A DNA stretch of 37,963 nucleotides, taken from the NCBI GenBank assembly GCA_023231475.1, contig JALJEE010000063.1:1-37963 (forward strand). The letters run 5' to 3'. Under the pieces are notes generated by a model that was not told where the DNA came from, did no database searches, and worked only from the letters and a program-made list of their open reading frames with translations. Below are positions 21,357 through 33,200 of the stretch, piece by piece. The stretch comes from Seison nebaliae. Lineage: Eukaryota. The position numbers and the translations under genes are program-made. Within the stretch, counting starts at the first letter, position 1. Each line of letters starts with the position of its first letter.

Positions 21357-23218
21357 ATGGAGAATGTTTTCTGTTCTAATAAATTTCGCAAGAAACGATC
21401 CGATTTATTGATTTTTCTCATTCTATTCAATCTTTCTTATTCGAAACGGATTCATCAACGATCACTTTGTGTCGATCTTCAACAACCGTCTAATGAAATC
21501 GAATTTAAATCACAACAAATTCATTTGACATGTACGAAAGATGAAATAATTTATATAATCTCAGAACAATATGAGGTGGTATCAACTGATACCATAAGTT
21601 TATGTGAAAGTGATAGAAGTGAAGTTCAATGTCGTCAAAATGTTTCTGAATTCTCAAACGTATGTAATGGAGTCCGACATCGATGTCTGTTACATTTGCG
21701 ATCAGTATTCCTTCATTCTTGTTTCGTTCAAGCGAATGTTGTCCGAATTCAATACGAATGTATCAAAGACAAGAATGAAATGAACATGTGCAAGTTTAGT
21801 GAAAGGAAATTATCGGCAATCAACGAAACGATTATCTTGACAGGATACTCATCCATCAAACACAAATCTTGTTCTTGTCATTTGAGTTTGAGTGAAAGAT
21901 TTGATGGCGATTTATTGAGAGTGATGCAATTCCGTACAGACGAGCCCAATCTCCATGAGATTGATGAGATGTTCAATAATGAAGAATCATATCAAATTCA
22001 ATCAGCATTGAAACATTTGAGTATCACCCAAAATAGAAAGATTTGTCAGAAAGTTTCCCATTTGACATTACACACATCTTCCAACAACCGAACGATATCG
22101 ATGTGTGGAAGACTTTATGCACAACGGCCATGGATTAATTTGCAATTTAATCATTTCATTCAAAACAGTCGTATGAAAGATTTTCGTTTGACAATCCACA
22201 ACATTTCAAACAATTCATTTGACCTATTTCTATTAATACGTCTTCTTAATGGTTAGAGATTGCATGTAGATTCTCATTTGAAATTGACATGAATTCATCA
22301 ACAACCATATTTGTGGTCTATTAGAAATTTGGATTGATAGATCTTATTAAAATGTTTCTCCAATAAATCTAGAAATTAATCTAATGACAATTCTTTTCTT
22401 TATTCGGAACAGATCGTACACAAATCAAATTGACTTGTGCTCCGTCAATATTGAAGAAAGAATCAGATTATTTCAAATCGATGCATCATATCAGATCGTT
22501 GAGATTGAAGCATAACGAAAATATGTTACAAGCAGAAATTATCGATCTACCACTGCCAATCACTAAAAATAAATCGTTGACGGAGAACCGAATTATTTTC
22601 TCTGAAGAGAATATGAGCACAGAATATTTACTAATTGCCTCGCTTGTTTGTTTGTTGTTGATCATTGTATTTCTCATATATGCAATCTTTCAAAATAATT
22701 CATGGTTATGTCTCAATGAGAAGGATGGGACAAATAACAAGAAAGAACAAAATTATAAAAATAATTTGATGTCAAATGAAGAAGGATTCAAATTACTCAA
22801 TTATACGACAACAGACCACACTGAATCCAATCCAACCAGTCATTATTCTTATCAACAAATTCCTGTAACATTATCTCGATGTCATGAATATGAGAGACCG
22901 TCCTTGGGCGATTATGCGATAACATCAAATCGATTAGGTCTTCCATTTCCTTTGCAGAATGTGGAGGATGCTGAGAGATATGCAACTTTCGCAATTCAAA
23001 ACATCTTCTCTTTGTCGAACGAATGTCCATCTCGTCACTATACGATCAATTCAGTTTTGAGAAATCGAGAAAATGTTTATGAGAAGTCAATCCATTCAAA
23101 GATACTTTATTCGAAGCCTCGTCATTTTTGGAAGATTGTAAAGAGATATCGATTGAATCGTTTAAAAAAACGTCAGGTAACAAATTTAAGAAATTTATTT
23201 CATTTATATAAAAGATAA
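21357..23218 (+). CDS. type I membrane protein with a SUEL/galactose-rhamnose lectin-like domain and a second Cys-containing (possibly CUB-like) ectodomain
   Basis: Signal-like LLIFLILFNLSYS. LTC..DEIIYIISEQY..C..C..VS..CNG..C.L..C..VRIQYEC is the SUEL cysteine pattern. There is one TM segment (YLLIASLVCLLLIIVFLIYAIF) and a Tyr-rich tail. Intron 22252-22412 joins the two ORFs in frame, and AATAAA follows the stop. Confidence 0.72.
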
Positions 23219-23474
23219 ATAAAAAGATTTATTTAAAAATTTTTCAATTTCGTTTCGAAATCGATGAAATTAATTGTTCTTCTGATTACTTCATTTCATC
23301 TACACTGTCACCTGATAATTTCATTAATTGTATAATAAGTTGAATAGAATTTACTTTTCTCTTCTCTGAAATTATCGTTTGATGAATAATTTGGATGTTA
23401 TTATAAAATGGAATTGTTCTTGACTATTGTTGACTATTTGTTCTTGAATAAAAGTCGAATGAATTCAGATTTCG

Positions 23475-25514
23475 TCACAATACACAAGATTCACAACGAC
23501 GATGTTTCATCAGATTCTTTTTATCGATAGTTGTCCGAGCTTTACACAAAAAAAATTTTAAGGATTTCGGTAAAATTCTTAAAATATCATTCCGTAGACA
23601 TTGACGTACGGCCGTGTTCAAAGTGAAATAAATAATCGGTTGGATTGCTCCATTGCAACAAACGACTAATAGAACGGCATGCATCACTAGATTGGTATGG
23701 CGGACGGCGGTCTTCTCTGCCTTAGTAGAATTGTGGAAATTGTCACTGTTATTTCTAGGAGAAATCGAAGTAGTATAATTAAATTCTTCAAAAATCGTCG
23801 GTTCTCGAGTAATAAACATGGTGGATGTTGTTGCTGTTGCTGATGATGGTGTTGCTGTGTTTTGTGGTTCAGATGGATAACCTTGAAATCCCATACGAAT
23901 ATAATCCATCAGAATGACAACCATGAATGGCATCGACGTCACAATATATGATGCCATCAACATGAATACGGTGAAAATTGTCTTTTTCTGAGCTGCGAAG
24001 AATGTATAACCGTTGTCACTTAAGAAATTCCGGATAGATGTTCCAATTCGTTTAGTTGTGCTTTTTGTTTGAGACAATCGAAAACTATTCTTTTTTTTGA
24101 TGATTTTGTTCGTGGTCGTATTTCCATTAGAAATGGTCGCTATAATTTGAGCATTCGGGTTATTTTTCATTTCTAACATTTCTGGATATTCATCAATACT
24201 TCGATTAATGTTCAATTGATATTCCAACTTATTTTTCGCTCGAACGATATTTTTAATTTTCGAATAAGGATTATTTGTGAATTGTATTTGTTTCATCTGA
24301 ATCTCATCATCAATGCTGTTATTTGTGGATACCGATATCATTGTTGGTGATTGATTAAACGAATATGTACCTGAATTATTTTTCAATTTCAATCTCATTT
24401 GTCTTTCTACTTGCTGATAACTGATAAGTGGTGTTGATAGACGTTTGGTGGCAAGATACGTCGAATTAGCAGAAATATTAGAGACACTTAATTGATTATT
24501 TCTAGTTTCTCGTTTCTTTTCGCCACCTCTCAATTTAGTGTTGGGTGAATAATGATTATTCTTTCTCTTCTGCAGTCCTCCACTAATACAAATGATTCGA
24601 TTATAAATCACCGTTTGTACAATAGTACAAATCATCCAAACGGCAACAAACCATCGAATGAAAGTTCGAGTGACAGTTGTATTTGTTCGACAAAGAACTT
24701 CCTCCATTTTTCCTGATTCGTAATTATTGGAAAAGGATATTGGTACGATTGTTACACAGGCAGCGATGACGATATCGAGGAATAATACAATTCCAACATT
24801 TCTTCCCATCATAAACTTCTTGTATTGAAAAGGATATTCCGCCGCAAAATACTTCTCCAATGCCATGGACAATAGAATAAATTCAGTTAACAAATGACAA
24901 AAGAATTGGAACGCGGGCATTATTATACAAAAAGTTTTGATTTTACGAAATTGATCAATTTGAATGTATAACTCATAATTGAATGTTTGTTTCGAATATA
25001 TGACGAGAAAGTTGATTAACGATGGAATGAAATAAGTGATGGCAGTGAAGATGTCGCACAATAATAATGAAACAATAAAGAAGTTCAGTGTTGTATGAAG
25101 ACGTCGATTACGACTGATTGTTATAAGAAGGATTAGATTAGTAATTAGGATAAAGAGAACGAGGAAGGTTCCTACAATATCGATCGCTAATGAATTCATT
25201 TCAATTTGCTGATATGCTTCACAAACATTATCATTGACACGATTGAAGAATTTTTTGGCTTCAGCCATATGAGACATATTTTGAAAGTCTTCAAAACAGA
25301 CTGTACAATTCTTAATATACGTCAATCGACACCAAAAAAAGACGTTCTTGTAAATTCGATGAATTATCGATTGACTACTGTTCGCTTCAAGTGATAAGAA
25401 ATTTCGGAAGAATTCAACTTCATATGCATATTGTGAAGTATTCCTAATGTTGCACACATTTGTCTCATCCGAACAGTAATCACCATAGAATGTTGAAATA
25501 TTTAATTCATTCAT
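23475..25514 (-). CDS. orphan rhodopsin-like (class A) GPCR, single exon
   Basis: Seven hydrophobic helices: TM1 TN, RRLHTTLNFFIVSLLLCD (TM2), C atop TM3, MALEKYFAAEYPFQY, TM6 SMPF, TM7 NGAIQPIIY, helix 8 NTAVR, C-terminal CVL. Confidence 0.9.
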   Translation of the reverse strand: MNELNISTFYGDYCSDETNVCNIRNTSQYAYEVEFFRNFLSLEANSSQSIIHRIYKNVFFWCRLTYIKNCTVCFEDFQNMSHMAEAKKFFNRVNDNVCEAYQQIEMNSLAIDIVGTFLVLFILITNLILLITISRNRRLHTTLNFFIVSLLLCDIFTAITYFIPSLINFLVIYSKQTFNYELYIQIDQFRKIKTFCIIMPAFQFFCHLLTEFILLSMALEKYFAAEYPFQYKKFMMGRNVGIVLFLDIVIAACVTIVPISFSNNYESGKMEEVLCRTNTTVTRTFIRWFVAVWMICTIVQTVIYNRIICISGGLQKRKNNHYSPNTKLRGGEKKRETRNNQLSVSNISANSTYLATKRLSTPLISYQQVERQMRLKLKNNSGTYSFNQSPTMISVSTNNSIDDEIQMKQIQFTNNPYSKIKNIVRAKNKLEYQLNINRSIDEYPEMLEMKNNPNAQIIATISNGNTTTNKIIKKKNSFRLSQTKSTTKRIGTSIRNFLSDNGYTFFAAQKKTIFTVFMLMASYIVTSMPFMVVILMDYIRMGFQGYPSEPQNTATPSSATATTSTMFITREPTIFEEFNYTTSISPRNNSDNFHNSTKAEKTAVRHTNLVMHAVLLVVCCNGAIQPIIYFTLNTAVRQCLRNDILRILPKSLKFFLCKARTTIDKKNLMKHRRCESCVL

Positions 25515-26511
25515 TATTCCATTTGATTAAAAGAATTTTGAAGAAGAATGAGAATCAGAATAAATTTCTATTTAGAAAAGATGCAGAAAATCAGTGACGT
25601 CTTTCACATGAGGAGGATAAGGACATAAATGACGAAAAATTTATATGATTTACCCAAAAATTCTCCTGTAAACAATTCGGAAGATTCTAATGAACTTTCT
25701 GCCTTCATCTACACATCAAAAAGAAAATAAAAGATGCAATTCATGTCAACAATATGACAGAATTGAAGTAAATAAAATTTCCATGCCAAATACTAAACAT
25801 TGGATGGAGGATGTTACGGAAATATGCGAAGGAGCTTATTAGTTATTAGACCAATTAGTCATTATTTTGAATTTTTTAAACTGAAAGTGCCAGTCAATTC
25901 CAAATTATACTTTTCGAAGTTGTCTCCGAATGAATATTGTACGGAATATTCTTAAAAATATTTTTTCCCCTCATCCACTCCCATCAACCAACGAATATGT
26001 CATTCGTTAGTCTCTAATTCAAATATTTATAATTGTTTAATTAAGTCTAAATGAAGATTGAGTTAGCAAGGTAGCTTATCAAACGAATTAGCTTCGAAAG
26101 TAAATGAGTTTTGTTTATTTCTCAATAAAAAAAATGTTGTTGACATCATGAATATCTGACAATATCTGTGAGAGTCGTCTCATGAATCTAGTACGAAAAT
26201 TTTCGAACTGTTTGGAGAAGGATTGCATATTATGTATATGCAAATTAATTATTGAATCAGTGAAATTTTTCGCTAGGAATACTTATAAACATTTATATAT
26301 ATTCTCTTATACTTATGAAAACGATTCAAGAATGTTCAATTCATTCACGTCAGTCTAATTTACTAATCAAGAAGTTTAATTAGAATTAGTGTCTTTTTAA
26401 GGGTTTGTCTGATGGAATATTGAATGAAGAAATTATTTAATGAACTGATTTATTCTAAGCCGTTTATATCCTAAAAAGGATGGTAATGATGATGATGAAT
26501 ATGGGAAAGAT

Positions 26512-27582
26512 TTAATGATTGGATAAACGAATTACGTCTAATCGATTCTTTAATGCTTCGATGTATGATGGATGAAAATGATTAAAATCATGCACATCTT
26601 CTAAATATGTTGCATGTTTGATCTCATTCAGCCAACTGATGCTCAATCGCATATCTAAATTATGTCCTTGTAATGACTTGGCGATAGCTTCTGATGAGAA
26701 TAATGATTCATTCCTTAAAAGTTCATCTGAATTTGGTCGTCTTTTCGGATCGACGGTAAGACATTCTTTTACTAATTGTACGAACTGATTGGAGACATGA
26801 GGACTTTCTATTAATTTTCCTATTCTTCTTCTGATAGACTGCTCTATATTTTCTAAACTAAATCTTTCTATTCGATAAGCACCATGTCTCATCGTTAGAT
26901 AACATAATAATGCTCCATAACTAAAGATATCGGAATTATATGTATAGACATTGTTGCTGGAGGATTTTCGTTGACCTTTATAACAAGCAACTTCACAAAT
27001 TTCAGGAGCAATATATCCATTGGGAAAATAGGCCGTTTTCGCATAACCATTTCGCAAGTAGATCGCTTCTGTCAAACCGCCAATACAAATGTTACCATTA
27101 AATGTAACAAAAATACTATGTGGTGTAAGATTCCTGTGAACTATTCGTTGTGTTCGCATATAATCGATACCGGCCAATATTTGAATGGACCAGATACGAA
27201 CAGTTCTTTCAGTGAAGACTCTTTGTTTCCTCAAATAATTCAAATCTCCATAAACTGGAAGTTGAAATAAACATATCGTCGATGGTCCCAATTCGACAGT
27301 GTTCGAAAGCGATAATATAAATGGAGAATCGGCCAGACGACGATGCATCTCAACTAAACGATGACAACGTAATTGTTGCTTCTTTGCATAAAGAATCTTT
27401 GCTGCATTAGTATCCAGTTGGCGATAATGATGGATATGTTGTGCGTAGAATAATTTGGGTGTTCTACGAACAGAAACAAAGTATCTATCATCTAATTGTT
27501 CATTCGGTTCGAATTTAACTACAATCTTCACCGAATGTGAATCGTACGTTTGCACAGACATGGCATGGTTAGGTGAATTCAT
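26512..27582 (-). CDS. Ser/Thr protein kinase-fold protein, probable pseudokinase (AGC-like), single exon
   Basis: SPFILSL, YGDL..L, FTE..VR.W..QI..GIDY, IVHRNLTPHSIF, ICIGGL, GYIAPE, SDIFSYG, L..DPKRRP. The fold motifs are present, but the catalytic HRD, the catalytic-loop K/N and DFG are replaced. Confidence 0.85.
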   Translation of the reverse strand: MNSPNHAMSVQTYDSHSVKIVVKFEPNEQLDDRYFVSVRRTPKLFYAQHIHHYRQLDTNAAKILYAKKQQLRCHRLVEMHRRLADSPFILSLSNTVELGPSTICLFQLPVYGDLNYLRKQRVFTERTVRIWSIQILAGIDYMRTQRIVHRNLTPHSIFVTFNGNICIGGLTEAIYLRNGYAKTAYFPNGYIAPEICEVACYKGQRKSSSNNVYTYNSDIFSYGALLCYLTMRHGAYRIERFSLENIEQSIRRRIGKLIESPHVSNQFVQLVKECLTVDPKRRPNSDELLRNESLFSSEAIAKSLQGHNLDMRLSISWLNEIKHATYLEDVHDFNHFHPSYIEALKNRLDVIRLSNH

Positions 27583-28603
27583 AAAAATGAGTCTTTCTTG
27601 ATATGATAATTGATATGAGAGAAAAGAATGTGAAATTTAAATAAAATAAAAATTGAGAAAAAAAATGTCCTTTCAAATAAATTGAGATGATGCGCATCTG
27701 CTCATCATTTCATTTAATTCGAATTTTCTTCGTCTTTTTCAATATTTTGCGCGAATGCATTTCTACCATTTCCCATCAAATATGAACTAGTCATTAATTG
27801 AGACGAAATTGTACGTACTTTGTACGAAATTCTGAGATTTATTAAAAAGGAAAAGAGACTGTCAACATCAGATTATCGTCCACGTTATGAAAACTTACCA
27901 CTTTTACTCCCATTCTTTTCACAACAATTACTCCACTCCTCTTTTCTTTATTCGTGTCATGGAAGATAATTAAAGACATCAAAATTCTATCTCGATGATT
28001 ATTATCAGATAAAGTGTTAATTAAAAATTTATATCTTTTCATAAACATTTCCTATTACTACTACTACTCCCATTAGTGCTGTACTCTTTATAATGAATTA
28101 TCTCATAAATATGATAGAATATCATCAAATAAAAGAAATAATCGAAAATATTTGCAATGCTTATAATAAACACAAGCCATTAATAACAGATAAACAGACA
28201 ATTAATAAGACAAATTAATAAAGTATATTTGATATAATAGGTGGGAGAATAATCATCCATTAAATCAATGAGAAATATAGGTAAACTGAAAGAAGAATTT
28301 TAAGTTTTTTAATGAAACTAAAACTTGTAATGAATGATCGGTTATCATCTTATTTATTTGAGACTAACTAACTTGTCTAGAGAAAACTCGGTAATTGAGA
28401 ATATTTAAAATGAATTCCCATCTTATAATGTTGACAAATAGATCATCTAACAAAAATTGTCGAATCGATGGCTGAAATTTTCTGCTTAGAAATTCTCGTT
28501 GAAATTTTTCGTTAATATTCTCCTTTCAACTTCTTCGCTTGATTGTTCTCTATTTACATAAATAATCTATATCTGAGGATTGTTGGAAGAGTTTTGGCTC
28601 GAG

Positions 28604-30035
28604 ATGGAGAAGTTTTTTGAAAAATATGTGAATTGGAAAATGGTTATAGGAATTGGTCTTCCCAGTTATTTTTTCCTTTTTTTTTTTATTAGGATAAAAG
28701 ATAATTCGTTAATTTGCTTTTCCAAAACTTTTCTCTAAAAAAAAACCTACGACAGTTTCCTCAGCATTTGTATTACATCGATTCTATTTTGCCGGAGGAC
28801 GATGTATTTCGTCAAAGAAATTCTCTAATGACAACATAATTATTACTGGAGCAAATTGTGGAATTGGAGAAAAGACAGCACTGGATTTAGTGAAGCGCGG
28901 TGCACGTGTTATTCTCGCCTGTCGTGATGTGACATCCGGAAAGAAAGCATTAGATAAAATTCGACAGAATGTCGCCGATATCCATCGCTCGACTGTGATG
29001 CATCTCGATTTGGCTAATTTCGATTCTGTAAGAAATTTTGTCGATAAATATGTTGAATTGGAAGGAGATAGACATCTACATTCAATCATTTGCAATGCCG
29101 GTTAAAAAAATTAATTAAAAAAAGAAAAAATTTTTGAAATCATTTTTCACTTAAAAATTTACATCATGAAGTCTTTCCGGATTTTCTTTACTGTGAAAGG
29201 AAAAAAAAAGTTGATTTCTTCCCGACATTATTACCTTCTAACATTCCTTATTCATTTTCCTTCGATCGTTCGAAGAGAACGAGAATGTTGAGGAGAAAAT
29301 TTGAAAATTTATTACAATATTTTTCCGTTTGATTTAGGCGTTATGAGACCACCATTTCAATTGACAGTTGATGGTAACGAACAACAATTTCAAACGAATC
29401 ATCTGTCACATTTTCTTTTGGTAAATCGACTTTTGGAGTTAGTGGTAGCGAAGAATAAGGAAGATTATACCGACAGTTATTGCCGTATTTTATTGTTATC
29501 GTCAATCGGTTACAAAAGTTACATTGAATATGATTTCTAATGGAATAATGATGTTGAGACAGGAGGGAAGAAGGATGAGCTTCATGAATTGAGAGAAGAA
29601 ATCTATGAACCGAGATCAGCATATTGTTCAAGTAAACTGGCAAATGTTTATCATGCAAAAGCTTTAGCTTATTATGCTAATGAACACCAATTGCCAATTG
29701 AAGTATGTTCAATTCATCCAGGTATTGTCCTAAGTAATTTGGGGAGGAATATGTTGGCGACTTGGAGAGAAAGAGGATTATTCTACTTTTATTCTCGACT
29801 TCTACTCATATCTCCTATTGCATTGGTTTGTTTAAAGACGACAACAGAAGGCTCTCAAACTTCAATACATTGTGCCACTGTTGACAAACTGAAACAAGGC
29901 GCTTATTACACCGATTGTTCAGTGACTGCCACTTTACCGATAGCCAATGATATTGAAAGCCGTAACAATCTTATAAAATATTCGGAGAAATTAACAAAAT
30001 CTTCATTTAGTCAACTACATGAATTATTTACATAA
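28604..30035 (+). CDS. retinol dehydrogenase 11/12/13-like short-chain dehydrogenase/reductase; 4 exons, start uncertain
   Basis: YFAGGRC, IIITGANCGIG, RGARVILACRD, LDLA.FDSVR.F, NAGVM, QFQTNHLSHFLL, YCSSKLAN (YxxxK), IHPGIV. Introns 28665-28755, 29101-29337 and 29518-29562; AATAAA at 30062. Confidence 0.9.
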
Positions 30036-30266
30036 CATTCTTCTCCTGATAGATATAAGTCAATAAAAAAGTTCTTGAGACAACAAAAAGAAGAAAAAGT
30101 TTTTTTTTAAATTTATTTTTGAAGAATGAATATTGCAATGATGTAGATGTATATACTACTAGTACACCAGTAATTTGATGATGAAATAATAAAAAAAAAT
30201 GTTGAGAAAGGAAGTATATGTATATTAATATTTTATGAGTAGAAAAAATAATAAAAAAAAAGAATC

Positions 30267-33200
30267 TCATATATTTTCCCAAAATATTTCCTTCTCAAAA
30301 ATATTTTCCTTAACAATTTCAAAATGAAAAGTGGTAAGGCTTCTCCCGCTCTTTTTTCCCCTTCAGAACGCAGAAAAGAAGAAAAAAGTTCTGTTTTTTT
30401 TTACGAACAAAAAACCATTGTAAAAACCGGGTAGTCTTATGTTTTTAACTAATACTAACTTCCTTCTCACAATCCACGTCCAGACAATAGTAATAATAAA
30501 TTCGGAATAATTCGAAGTAATTTGGATATTGTCTTAAAATCTTCACGATAATTGCAAGCAACTTTAATTGGGAGGGAAGGATGATGGAATAATAGAAGAA
30601 GATTAATTGGTAATTCTTTAAAAAAAATACAACTTGTTTCAATGACGTAAAATTAGAAAGATGTTTCAAATATCTTGAAAGGGGGACAAATTGTACATGA
30701 ATTGTTGTCCCATCGGACACAAAGTCATTCAATCAACAACAAATAAGAAAAGAATAGAATTAACCTGATCCACAATAATTCGTCATTAAAAATGACTAAA
30801 CTCTCCAATTCTTTCTCTTCCGAATGTTTCTTCAACTTCTTTTCCACATTCTCAAAGGAACTAATCAGATCATCATCATTATCTGAATCGTAATTGTCTG
30901 ATAGTTTTGTACTTGTCGTTTGGACATTTGAATTGCTTGTAGAAATGTGATCTTGTGCGAATGTTTGGAGGAATTGGACCTCTTCATCTGTCGTTAAGAC
31001 ATCTAAGAAACTGTGTAGAATTGTCGATGATAGAAATTGTAAATTATAGAAAATGAATGAGAACTATCGGAAAACTGGACCAAATGAATTGGGACCGATC
31101 ATTGGTAGGAGGTAAGTGGTAAAGAACGATAATCTGAGTGACGGATGAATGTAATTGGAGAAGAATCTGAAAATTAGATTATAAAAATATTTACAAGATA
31201 ATTCCTTCAAAGGAGACGTTTCCATCAATTGGAGATGTTGTTCACCATATTCAAAAGATGTAATGAAATGATTTAAGAATTGGATAGTTGTTGTTCTCGT
31301 TGATTTTGTTGTTGATTTCTTGATAATATTATCGACCAATGATAAATAATTGAAAAGAAGATATTCCTTTTCCAAATAACTAATTATCATTGATGATTGT
31401 TTGGCTATTGAGAGAGTATAAGAATATTGATGAATTGTTCGTTCATCAAGAAATTGAAGGAGATTAATATAAATGATAGACATCCAAACAATATAAGAAT
31501 CACTAATTTTCGATGATATCGAATTAATATTGAAATTCAATAATTTCTCTAATGTATTTAATAATCCATAAATATTCTCTTCTTCGATCCAATAGCCTAA
31601 ATGCTTCAATAATTCCTTCCCAATTGACATCTGAGCCAATTGATTCATCTTCTTTCCCTCTTGAGACATGTCATACATTTTAATCATTTTCACAAAAATT
31701 GATCGTTCTTCATAAATGTCTGATGAGAACAAACGAATAAGTTGTAAGAACAGATCATAATTTTCATTTTTTTCCATTCTGTAACAAATTGTTTCACCAA
31801 AATTATTAAGAATTTCATTGTTAATATGACGATAATATTGATGGAATGTTTTCCTTTCTTCCTGAATTCTTTCATTTAGTCGACTCAAAGTCTCATGTTC
31901 GGAATGAAGATTGTGAAGGAGAAGAAAAATAAATAATTGAATATCCCAATCAAACTCATTTACCCCATAACGATTGAAATATAAAAGAATCGTTCCGTAA
32001 TTCTCTGTAAGAGTAAACACGATATCTGTTAAATCCGAACCAGAAAGAAGATGAAAACAATCTATTTTCAAATCTTCAATAGAAAGTATATCAAATAAAA
32101 TGAATTGTAAACAAATCATCGAAATAATTTTCCTGTATAATTCATCAGATGTCGACAGACTCACCATATCCACAAGTGAATTTAACGTATCAGAAATTTC
32201 ATCTTTGAACGATTTTGACTCATTTGTTGAATAATTTTGATTTGTTGGATGCCAATATTGGAAATAGATCGATAACATCGACATAATATCCAGCGAAAAT
32301 TTCCGAATATGATTTCCCTTAACGAATGTGGTTAAGAGAACGTACAAATGAAAATAATCTGATTTTGATATGGAATTTTGTTCCGATAAATGTTTCAATA
32401 AATTTTGGAATATTCTAATGTTGTACTTTTCGGGAAATCCTTCAATATTTTCATATAATATTCTATCAAATATCGAAAGATTAATAAGAGCAATATTTTC
32501 TTTCACTTTTTCATTTGTTAATATCAAATCATTATCATTATTTTCATTTGAATTTCCTATTTTTTTCAAATTATCATTATTTTCATTTGAATTTCCTATT
32601 TTTTTCAAATTCTCATCATTTTCATTTTCACTCGATTTTTCTGATATGACAACGTTTGGAATGGTATCTGTAAAGTCAATATCATCATCATCATCGTCAT
32701 CATTATCAGATGAAGATAATTCACTTAAATGATTTTCTATGTGATCGATTTCTTGATTGTCATTATCTTTATCATCAATTAATCGAGATAATTTGTAAAT
32801 TATATCATTCTTATCATCGATTGCCATCGATTTCCAAGAGACATTACTTTGGAGAATGAAAAGATAATTGGAACATATATTATTGATATCATTCATGGAA
32901 CTGTCATTTGCTGTCAAAATGAGGAACATGAAAAGAATTTGAACATTCTTATTTAATCGATCAATTATCATTCCATCATCAAAAAGATTATTCATAAAGA
33001 TCTTCCACAAATTATTTATAAGAAAACATTCATTCGTTTTCGTCGAGATAATTGATGAGAATTGAACTTTCTCTAATCGATCAGCCAATTCACGCCATTG
33101 TTTCGTGATGATGAGATTAGTTTGCTGATTCTTCTTCGAATAAGTCAACAATTTATTATTCCATTCATGATTTTGTTCGGTGGAGATTTTCCTGAAAAGG

